From IMG/VR virus record IMGVR_UViG_3300026094_000002: a DNA stretch of 64,000 nt. The stretch is one strand, 5' to 3'. The stretch comes from a virus (Duplodnaviria; Caudoviricetes). Below, one piece after another: positions 53,060-61,073 of the stretch. The position numbers and the translations under genes were made by a program. Numbering within the stretch: the stretch's first letter is position 1; each line of letters starts with the position of its first letter. Under the pieces are notes generated by a model. It was not told where the DNA came from, made no database searches, and saw only the letters and a program-made list of their open reading frames with translations.

Positions 53060-54811
53060 TTACTTCACACCATCTACAAGGTTTTCATTCAAACCTAGTT
53101 TTTGTGGATACAATACTCCACTTTCAACACGCTCGCCGCCATCATAATATCGCAATTCTACAGGAAGGTATTCCCACCCTAATGCATCAGCAGCCATGAT
53201 TCGGTGGTTTCCTTCATTCACCCAAGCCTCACCATTCCATGCAACTTGTACAAACGGGGCATATTCCCTACCAAAAGCCGTTAGGGGCAATTTTCCAGTG
53301 TCTTTCATGACCTGCATAATTTTTTCTAAATCTTCTCGGCGAACATTTTTTTGTTCTCCTCGCATACCCGGCAATCGTTTTAGTAAATCAACAGGCAGTT
53401 TTACTGTGCCTGGGAAATATGCAGTTATTGTTCCTGTATAAGGAGCACCAAAATTGTCTCTGCCTTCCTCTTTTGCCTTGCGAATTTTCTTGTTTAACCA
53501 TTCATCATTTGGTACATCTACTCGCAAATTTTCTTTAAGGTTTGACTTTCTTTTATTTTTCTTTTTGCCCAGCAGAGGTGGAACTCCTGCAGAATCTGTT
53601 GTTAAGCCTAATTTTGCTGCTTGGCGTTGTATCTCACCCGGCTTTATATCAACAGTTAATCCATGACTGAACCGAGGGTCGCTTGCTTCTTTGTTATTCT
53701 TAGGAATATACCCAGATGCTTCGGTTAGATTATCTGAAAATGCATTGGGATTGACATCAACATAGTCTCGCATAATTTGCCCAGCGGTTGCGTTTGCATC
53801 ATTTTCCCAACGACTGCCTGTTTCACCTGCCCCGGGCGGTAAAGATTGTTGTTCGTTCTGTGCATAATGTACCAACTCGTGTGCTATTGTTCTCATAGCA
53901 TCAACAGGGTGTCTGCCACCTATGCTTACCGTTATCTGGCCATCACGAGAATTAAATTGTCCAAATGTCCCTTTATCCGCAGACCACTTTGCATCATGAA
54001 CCGTATCAATTTTTGGGGTATTGTCCAAGTTCAACCATCTAATGCAAAAGTCAATAAAGTCTCTTATATTCTCTTCAACGTGCTTTTTATTGGCTTCTTC
54101 TTGAATGCTTAGTTTTCTGTCTTTAGCATCATTTCGTGCGTCTTTTAGTTTTTCTAACCAACCAGTATTTCGTAGGATTTTGAATGACAAATTTTCAGGG
54201 CCAAACTCTCCAGTTTTTGACAATCCTGAACGCCGCATCTCACCAATCTTTTTTGCAATGCGATTCATGTGTTCTAAGTCACCAGAATCAATTGCTGTTT
54301 TAATTCTGTTTTTAACATCCTCAAACTTACTGGATACTGACATATCATCAATTTCTATTTGGCGGCGGGTTGGAACAGATACCCACTCATCATTTAAAAT
54401 AGAATATATTCCTTGACTAATATGCTCTTGGTCTGCGTCTTGTACATAAACCTCTACCTCATGAGAACCTATTTTATAATCATGTAAATCATTATACTGA
54501 TATTTTTTTGCATCAAATAACTCTCGGTATATTTCTGATTTTTTAGACTTTGACATATCAGCAACTAAGTGTAAATCAATATCAGAGTTTTCTGTATATG
54601 TGTATGCCGCATTTGAACCAGAGATAGTAATGTCATCAAGTTCATAACCATTTACACCAAGAAATTCTTGAAAATCTTCTGCTATTTGTAGTAATGTATC
54701 ACGAACTTTGGGGCGAAGCGTTTCGTTCTTTTCCCATAATGCTGGATTGAGTTCTTGATTGAATTTGACAACATCACCAAGATGATATTCTTTGAGGCTT
54801 TTTAACTTCAT
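53060..54811 (-). CDS. Multidomain protein: Pol-beta-type nucleotidyltransferase + HExxH zincin + ParB/Srx-like domain (start revised to MKLKSLKE)
   Basis: ISGSNAAY...SDIDLH (GS..DxD), AHELVH and WVNEGNHRIMAA motifs; TAAATA upstream of 54811. Confidence 0.75.
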   Translation of the reverse strand: MKLKSLKEYHLGDVVKFNQELNPALWEKNETLRPKVRDTLLQIAEDFQEFLGVNGYELDDITISGSNAAYTYTENSDIDLHLVADMSKSKKSEIYRELFDAKKYQYNDLHDYKIGSHEVEVYVQDADQEHISQGIYSILNDEWVSVPTRRQIEIDDMSVSSKFEDVKNRIKTAIDSGDLEHMNRIAKKIGEMRRSGLSKTGEFGPENLSFKILRNTGWLEKLKDARNDAKDRKLSIQEEANKKHVEENIRDFIDFCIRWLNLDNTPKIDTVHDAKWSADKGTFGQFNSRDGQITVSIGGRHPVDAMRTIAHELVHYAQNEQQSLPPGAGETGSRWENDANATAGQIMRDYVDVNPNAFSDNLTEASGYIPKNNKEASDPRFSHGLTVDIKPGEIQRQAAKLGLTTDSAGVPPLLGKKKNKRKSNLKENLRVDVPNDEWLNKKIRKAKEEGRDNFGAPYTGTITAYFPGTVKLPVDLLKRLPGMRGEQKNVRREDLEKIMQVMKDTGKLPLTAFGREYAPFVQVAWNGEAWVNEGNHRIMAADALGWEYLPVELRYYDGGERVESGVLYPQKLGLNENLVDGVK

Positions 54812-54831
54812 AATTTGAAGGTATTTATTAA

Positions 54832-54860
54832 AAAAGCCCACGCTGAATGGGCTTTTCTTT
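54832..54860 (-). terminator. Intrinsic terminator
   Basis: AAAAGCCCA-7 nt-TGGGCTTTT hairpin with T-runs on both strands, downstream of the 54892-55782 gene. Confidence 0.85.
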
Positions 54861-54891
54861 TAATGATGAATAATTTATAGTTAATCGTAAG

Positions 54892-55782
54892 TTATTTTGT
54901 CGTTGATTTTTTCTTTGTTGTGGTTTTCTTTTTGCTGCTATTAGCCTTGGGCGTTTCTGTTTTTTCTGTGCTGTCATCCACATCACTGGACTCACTAGAT
55001 GCTACTATTTCTGGGTTAGCGACAACCTTTTCCTGTGCTTCTGACAGAATTTGTTGTTTATAACCGTTGTATAATTCATTTTGGGCATTCTGATCAAATA
55101 CATATGAACCCGTATGTCTCAACATAACTCTTTTATCAACCCAGATTTTGCCACCTAAATCTCTCCAGTTTTCACAGAATGTCCAGTCTTCAGAATAATA
55201 TCTGTTGTCCCGGACAGCAGTATCAAAATATGTTCTCATATGCTTATCAAGTTCTGGATCAAGACCAATATCAGACTTAAAGGGCTTGACGGCAGGGTGT
55301 GCTTTCATTTCTTCAAATACATGACGCTTGATTAGCATAAAACCAGTTCCGGTTTTGGATACTTCTTGTAATCCATCTTCGCCTTGTTCGGCACCATCAA
55401 AGCCATTAACAACCCATTTGATAGGCATAGTCTTCATCGGATAAAGCCCACCAATTACATCAACATCTCTGTCAAGCATTGCCAATACATGCCAAGGTTC
55501 CCAGCCAATATCAGAGTCTATAAACATTAAGTGAGTGCTTTCTGTATTGTTCAAAAACTTTGCAGTAAGTGTATTACGACCACGACTAATAAGACTCTCA
55601 TTGGTCATTGTCTCAATTGCCCACTCAATTCCCAATTGTTTTGCAGTATTGCTCCACTTAATAAAACTCATAAAAGTTTGTTCAGTGAGCATTCCTCCAT
55701 AACAAGGCAGACAAAAATGAACACGAGAGTTTTTTAATCGTTCAGTATTAACTTGAATTTGATATTGCTGTTGTTCAGCCAT
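54892..55782 (-). CDS. GT-A fold glycosyltransferase-like protein with basic tail
   Basis: FCLPCYGG, SLISRGRN, LMFIDSD (DxD), GTGFMLIKR and SEDWTFC motifs. Confidence 0.75.
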   Translation of the reverse strand: MAEQQQYQIQVNTERLKNSRVHFCLPCYGGMLTEQTFMSFIKWSNTAKQLGIEWAIETMTNESLISRGRNTLTAKFLNNTESTHLMFIDSDIGWEPWHVLAMLDRDVDVIGGLYPMKTMPIKWVVNGFDGAEQGEDGLQEVSKTGTGFMLIKRHVFEEMKAHPAVKPFKSDIGLDPELDKHMRTYFDTAVRDNRYYSEDWTFCENWRDLGGKIWVDKRVMLRHTGSYVFDQNAQNELYNGYKQQILSEAQEKVVANPEIVASSESSDVDDSTEKTETPKANSSKKKTTTKKKSTTK

Positions 55783-55835
55783 CTATTTCCTCTTTTGTTT
55801 TGACTATTTAAACCCGGGTGGGAATCACAAATATT

Positions 55836-57458
55836 TTATTCGGCGGGTTTTCCAGTGTTATGAAGAACTGTATCTGCTCTTTTCAAAACAAAAACTGAAT
55901 CATTTGGTTTATCTATAACTTGATCCACATACCCATATTTGTTTGCAAATCTGTCAATCATTCTTTTATAAAGATTTGCTCTATTTGTCGCTTGCCCGAA
56001 TTCTTCTTTTACTGCAGTGAAGACCAGTGTTGCTGGGTTACGCTCTTCTACAAATTGTTTGATAGCAGAGAATACAGTTGAGAATATAGAGATTTCATCA
56101 CCTGATTTATCCCCTCTGGCATCTTGTCTGCCGCCAACTCTAAACTCTATTCTCCAAAGATTGTCTGCAAATTCTAATTCTTTCATAAAAACAACAATTT
56201 GTTCGCCAGAAACAAAGCCATCATACCTAACAAAACTTTCTTCGTCGTTTGTTTTTTCAATTTCTGCTGGCTTGTCAAATATTTCTTGAATTACTTCAGA
56301 ATCACTTGATTTCTCGCTAATGTAATCAGGGTAAGATCCTGATTCATCCTCTGAGAATTTTGTTGTTTTTCTTAACTCACTAACGATGGCATTCATTTTA
56401 TCCCAATCAGAAAAAAATTCTCCAAGATTTTCTGTATTACCATTTTTGAATTCAGTTACTGCATCCTTTAACACAGGCTTGAGTGCTTCCATGACAGAAC
56501 TTTTGTTTTGTTTCTTTTTTTTAATTTTAAAACTATGGGTTAAGTTTTCTGATATATTCTTCCAATAAAAATGGTGTATATCTTGATCTTCATCATATTT
56601 TACAACTAAATCTTTAATTTCAAATTCATCGCCGTATTCATCCACTAAACGAGCAAATTCATTCACATCTCCAAATATTTCATCAATACATTCATCTTCT
56701 GTGCAATTACCAATATACTCTAAATTATCATTAGGAAAATGTTCTACATCTTCATTTTGTTTTTTCTTTTTGCCCTGACAATGTGCTCGTTGTGAAAATC
56801 CTTTGGGATTAGAGCAATCAATACTATCTTTGTATTTTTTACTCCACTTCTCTGACAATTGTTCTGAACCAAGGACTTGATCAAATAACTGTATGACTTT
56901 CTTCTCTAAGCGATCATCTCTTGTAGTAACTGGGTACAGTGTCTGAATTAATTCGGATTTTTGTTCGTCACTGTATTCTGGCCACTTATTCCGAATCTCT
57001 GTACTGGATGTCATATCCGCCGATCCAAATGTTATAGTAGGCAGATATGCCATATAGCCGTGTGTGCTTAGTGGTTGTAACTCACTTTTTTTTAGACCGT
57101 GTATTGATTGTAGATACGACGGTTCGCCATCTTTTTTTGTTTGGTCAGGCTGTGGGCTTGTATCCCGATCTTTTTCACTACGCACATAGATTAGTGCAGT
57201 GTTTTGTGGATCGTAATGCTTTGTGATTTCTTGTGGCCTGAACGGAGATTTAACTTCAACAAATCTCTCTTTTGGAATACCTCCCAATTGTGCTAACTTT
57301 TTCTTTAATTCAAACGGAAACGGACGAGTTGATGTATCTGCAGTAGCAGCAATGTAAATATCAGCTTGTGGAAATGCTTTTAGTGCTGCATCGTAAAGAC
57401 TTTTGTGGCCTTTATGAAATGGATGAAATCCACCGGGAATGATAACAAGCTGTTTCAT
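55836..57458 (-). CDS. HIGH-motif cytidylyl/nucleotidyltransferase fused to additional modules
   Basis: PGGFHPFHKGH, RPFPF and SSTEIR motifs; then LSE|KWSKKYKDSIDCSNPKGFSQRAHC and further domains; TATAAATA 6 nt upstream. Confidence 0.75.
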   Translation of the reverse strand: MKQLVIIPGGFHPFHKGHKSLYDAALKAFPQADIYIAATADTSTRPFPFELKKKLAQLGGIPKERFVEVKSPFRPQEITKHYDPQNTALIYVRSEKDRDTSPQPDQTKKDGEPSYLQSIHGLKKSELQPLSTHGYMAYLPTITFGSADMTSSTEIRNKWPEYSDEQKSELIQTLYPVTTRDDRLEKKVIQLFDQVLGSEQLSEKWSKKYKDSIDCSNPKGFSQRAHCQGKKKKQNEDVEHFPNDNLEYIGNCTEDECIDEIFGDVNEFARLVDEYGDEFEIKDLVVKYDEDQDIHHFYWKNISENLTHSFKIKKKKQNKSSVMEALKPVLKDAVTEFKNGNTENLGEFFSDWDKMNAIVSELRKTTKFSEDESGSYPDYISEKSSDSEVIQEIFDKPAEIEKTNDEESFVRYDGFVSGEQIVVFMKELEFADNLWRIEFRVGGRQDARGDKSGDEISIFSTVFSAIKQFVEERNPATLVFTAVKEEFGQATNRANLYKRMIDRFANKYGYVDQVIDKPNDSVFVLKRADTVLHNTGKPAE

Positions 57459-57504
57459 GTATAATATTTATACTATCACAATATTATGGCTGGCAATGTA
57501 TTAT

Positions 57505-58131
57505 TCAAAATTTATATAATTCAAAATTGTTTTTTTGATTAACCAAGATTTCATTAATTATATTTCTCAATGCAGTTTCAGAGTTTTCAATGCTAAAATC
57601 TGGTTGAATTCCAAAAGTCTTGAAATTATTTTTTTCTCCAAAACATTTCATTGACAAATAGTTGAAATATTTAAACGAACTATAATCAGGATGATTTTCA
57701 GTTCCTACTTTATTATAATCTATATAACTGCTAACCATGCATCCGACAGTTGAATCTTTTGATAAGTTTTTTTCTAGGTTATGAATAGTAATATATGGAA
57801 GTTGACAACTAAGCCAAAGACTGTTGGACCAATCTTTAATTCTTTTCCAGTGAGTTAATTTTCTGTAGTTGTTAGTGGCAAAATCGTCTATAGAAAGGCT
57901 ACTACTATTCTGATTGAAAAATAGAAAATGAATCGGGTCATCGATTAAACAAATATCATGTATTTTTTTAATATTCAAATCTTTCCATGAAATATTAATA
58001 TTTTTTACATGTGAAGATGTATGTGGATTCTGTCCAATATTGGTAACATTAAAGTTGTTTTCAAGCAATACATCAATTATAGATTTTCCATTTTTGTTTC
58101 CGCAACCAAATACTAATGCATTTTTTCTCAT
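57505..58131 (-). CDS. Short-chain dehydrogenase/reductase-like protein (start revised to MRKNAL)
   Basis: LVFGCGNKNG Rossmann start and YxxxK (YSSFK); ATGA coupling to the upstream radical SAM gene. Confidence 0.6.
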   Translation of the reverse strand: MRKNALVFGCGNKNGKSIIDVLLENNFNVTNIGQNPHTSSHVKNINISWKDLNIKKIHDICLIDDPIHFLFFNQNSSSLSIDDFATNNYRKLTHWKRIKDWSNSLWLSCQLPYITIHNLEKNLSKDSTVGCMVSSYIDYNKVGTENHPDYSSFKYFNYLSMKCFGEKNNFKTFGIQPDFSIENSETALRNIINEILVNQKNNFELYKF

Positions 58132-59303
58132 AGAGATAGATCCCAGAACACATTTTTCCAATTAGACCCAGCTATGTTATCAATATGATTTAAATAATTG
58201 TTATAATTTTCAGATTTGTCGTTTTCTAACTCATTTAAGCAATTAGTAAATTGCCCTACCAAATTCAAATCATGTGAATATTTTTCTTTTGCCGCTAAAA
58301 GATTTTCTTTAGCCTTTTTTTTGCTTTCATCTGGTAAATTTCTACATCTCAAGTAAGTATGACCCATCTGACACTGATTAATTGTAAAATCTCTTACGCC
58401 TATATTGTCATGGAAAAAATCTATTATATCAGTAATAGAAGTTCCGTTCAAGACAAAAAATACTAAATTTATTCTTACTTTTACATTTTTTTGTGATTGC
58501 AAAAAATTTATGTTATCAACAAATTTATCCCATTTGGCCCCACGTCTTATGTACTCAAATTTTTTATCTATTGAATCTGCACTACACGTGAATAATACAT
58601 TTGGGAACTTTAATATTTCTGATAAAATTTTATTATTTTTTTCCCACATCATATTAGAATTTACTCTAATAAGCAAGTCTGGACGTTTTTCCAATTTCTT
58701 TAGAAGATCTAAGTTATAATTAATATATGTGGGTTCGCCACCACTCAAATATACTTCTCTTAAATTATCTTGATTATTTTCAACCCAGTCAATTAATTTT
58801 GCAGCGGCTTCTGGTGGAGTATGTTGAACTGGAAGCCCTTGCTCTTTTGCTATAAGGCTACTTTGTCCAGCCCAGCAAGTAACACATTTTAAATTACATA
58901 CACTGCTCCAGTGTAAATCTAATCCACCCAAAGTGAAAGAGTTTGTATCATCATAGTCTATATCATTTTTTTTAAAGAGATTGTTATACATTCCCCGCAA
59001 ATGATTGTATTTTTTACTTTCTTGAAGATTTTCTAATTTTAAACAATTCTTACAATTTTTCGTCTTTTTGTCTTTAATGATGTATTCTTTGATTTTTTTT
59101 CTTTCTGCATTGCCGATAATTTCTTCCATAGAATTTGTTTTCAAATCACCTAGTTGGTAATTGCCGTTTGTACACGAGTATATTTCCCCTGTCATGTTAA
59201 CATAGAGTAAATTCCATGGAACACTACAAAAATGATTTGTTTGTTTAAAAAGTTCAAACCTTCTTTTATATTTTTGTTTTAAAGTAGAAAACATAGGCAT
59301 CAA
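58128..59303 (-). CDS. Radical SAM protein with N-terminal twitch-like domain
   Basis: FCSVPW...C...CKNC, CNLKCVTC, YLSGGEP and NSN motifs. Confidence 0.9.
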   Translation of the reverse strand: MMPMFSTLKQKYKRRFELFKQTNHFCSVPWNLLYVNMTGEIYSCTNGNYQLGDLKTNSMEEIIGNAERKKIKEYIIKDKKTKNCKNCLKLENLQESKKYNHLRGMYNNLFKKNDIDYDDTNSFTLGGLDLHWSSVCNLKCVTCWAGQSSLIAKEQGLPVQHTPPEAAAKLIDWVENNQDNLREVYLSGGEPTYINYNLDLLKKLEKRPDLLIRVNSNMMWEKNNKILSEILKFPNVLFTCSADSIDKKFEYIRRGAKWDKFVDNINFLQSQKNVKVRINLVFFVLNGTSITDIIDFFHDNIGVRDFTINQCQMGHTYLRCRNLPDESKKKAKENLLAAKEKYSHDLNLVGQFTNCLNELENDKSENYNNYLNHIDNIAGSNWKNVFWDLSL

Positions 59304-59326
59304 TCAATTAAACTGCATCTATTGTT

Positions 59327-59761
59327 TTAAAGATTCTCAAGCAACCACAAATAGATGGGTGTAGTGATATCAATCTTGATTGTTCCGTTGCAACCCATTG
59401 AACCATAAAAATTTTCAACCGTCAATTCACCGGTGCCATTAAAATCATGAGAATATTCTGCTTGAAACCAAAATAATTCTTCAATGTTTATTCCATCAAC
59501 CTCAATATCAGAAAATACTAATTCGGAATCTTCCAAAATATTTCCATCATCATCTACAGTTGTGTGATCAATAGTTTTGCCTTTCATTATGAATTCTAAT
59601 GTGTGAGAACCTTCTACTTCATCATCAATACTGATTTTTACTGGATGACCAGTGTTATCAATACTTTGATTAAATACCCCCTCAGAATCAAATTTTACTT
59701 CTAATTCAAGTGGTTTGTTGGTGGATTTTGCCGTGAATGTTATATCGGTAAGTTCAGTCAT
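59327..59761 (-). CDS. Hypothetical beta-rich protein
   Basis: 144-aa ORF (GSMGCNG...P.YLWLLEN). Confidence 0.7.
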   Translation of the reverse strand: MTELTDITFTAKSTNKPLELEVKFDSEGVFNQSIDNTGHPVKISIDDEVEGSHTLEFIMKGKTIDHTTVDDDGNILEDSELVFSDIEVDGINIEELFWFQAEYSHDFNGTGELTVENFYGSMGCNGTIKIDITTPIYLWLLENL

Positions 59762-59765
59762 AATA

Positions 59766-60131
59766 TTAGTAAGTTAAGTCAATAGAGAGGATTGACCCAC
59801 CAGTAAAGCCAGATACTGTTGCCCGTAACCAGACAAAATTTCCTACTATAGTACTGCTTGTGTTATTTACAGGCGTGCTATCAGTTTCCCCAATAGTTCT
59901 TAAATCAACCCAATTGTCAGTTTCTGGATAATCTTCAAGAGTGCCTTGTATGATTACTTGTCCCGTGAAGTTGTCAAAAGAAGCAGATACAGTTTGCAGT
60001 GCTTTCCGACCGTGGTAATAACCGGCTGCTTTTTGTGGAACACCATTAAACTGATTAGACACGCCATCATAATTTTCAACAGCGGTACCATAAACAGTTT
60101 CTGATATCAACTTAAAATTATTGATACTCAT
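59766..60131 (-). CDS. Hypothetical beta-rich protein, possibly structural
   Basis: 121-aa ORF (AAGYY...LQT...FTG...QGTL...GNFVWLRA). Confidence 0.7.
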   Translation of the reverse strand: MSINNFKLISETVYGTAVENYDGVSNQFNGVPQKAAGYYHGRKALQTVSASFDNFTGQVIIQGTLEDYPETDNWVDLRTIGETDSTPVNNTSSTIVGNFVWLRATVSGFTGGSILSIDLTY

Positions 60132-60301
60132 TCTTGATCTTTTTCAATTTCAATTAAAACGCCTTGTTCAGTTAATTCACGAATAACAGCCTCAAGACTT
60201 TGGATATCTTCGCTACCAAGTAGTTCAGAGTTTTCAGGATCAGTATCCTTGATTAACTTGCTTATTTTAATTGTTAATTTCTGTTCTTGTATTTTAGCCA
60301 T
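60128..60301 (-). CDS. 57-aa protein MAKIQEQKLTIKISKL...GVLIEIEKDQE (not in ORF track)
   Basis: Read by hand; TAAATA-ATACT-ATG upstream; ATGA overlap with the next gene. Confidence 0.75.
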   Translation of the reverse strand: MAKIQEQKLTIKISKLIKDTDPENSELLGSEDIQSLEAVIRELTEQGVLIEIEKDQE

Positions 60302-60305
60302 AGTA

Positions 60306-61073
60306 TTATTTATCTACTATTATATCTACTGTCTTACGAATTGTGCCGGGGCGAATTAAATTCATCATACTAATTATTGATTTATTGTTGTGGTCTAAAA
60401 ACATTTGATCCTCAATAATTGACGGTCTGGGATAGAATATTCTACTAAAAATCATAACCTGTTGTTGCTGAGTGTTATCTGACAACTTTTTATTATTAAT
60501 CCATTTTTTTAATAATGGACTAGGCTTAAAATCTTCAGGCGGTTGTGTCTCTAAAAATGCTCTTATGTTACTTTCTAAAGTGTAATCAAAAGATTTTGTT
60601 TGCGACAAATAGCTTCTAAATTTAAAATCAGAATTTTTTAATACAATAGAATTAACAGGATGGTCAATGATTCTTTCAGTTAAATTTGAAAGGTGTAGAT
60701 TGTTAATCTTTTTTAACTTATCAACTATTGAAATATCATTAAAATATAATCTTGCTATGAGCCAACCAGCGTGTACAAGGCGTGTATCTGGTTCTTCTGT
60801 AATAAAATCTAATATCTCGTGCAGTGTTTTTGTTTCAGTTACTGCAAAACTATCAAAAATAGTACTAATACCTCCTATAGGACGAATCCCTCCTGTGTAG
60901 GTACTTGTTTCCTCTGCATTTTTAATACATTTATTATTTTTTTCAATAATCCGGTCTATGGTTTCATGACTCCGGTGACGAAGCAATCCAATACCGGCAG
61001 TGCTTAGAGTGACACTGAACCGGTATTGGTTAAAGAAAAGACGATTAGTTGATTTCTGTTGTATCTTCATCAT
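60306..61073 (-). CDS. Hypothetical protein
   Basis: 255-aa ORF overlapping the clpA end. Confidence 0.7.
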   Translation of the reverse strand: MMKIQQKSTNRLFFNQYRFSVTLSTAGIGLLRHRSHETIDRIIEKNNKCIKNAEETSTYTGGIRPIGGISTIFDSFAVTETKTLHEILDFITEEPDTRLVHAGWLIARLYFNDISIVDKLKKINNLHLSNLTERIIDHPVNSIVLKNSDFKFRSYLSQTKSFDYTLESNIRAFLETQPPEDFKPSPLLKKWINNKKLSDNTQQQQVMIFSRIFYPRPSIIEDQMFLDHNNKSIISMMNLIRPGTIRKTVDIIVDK

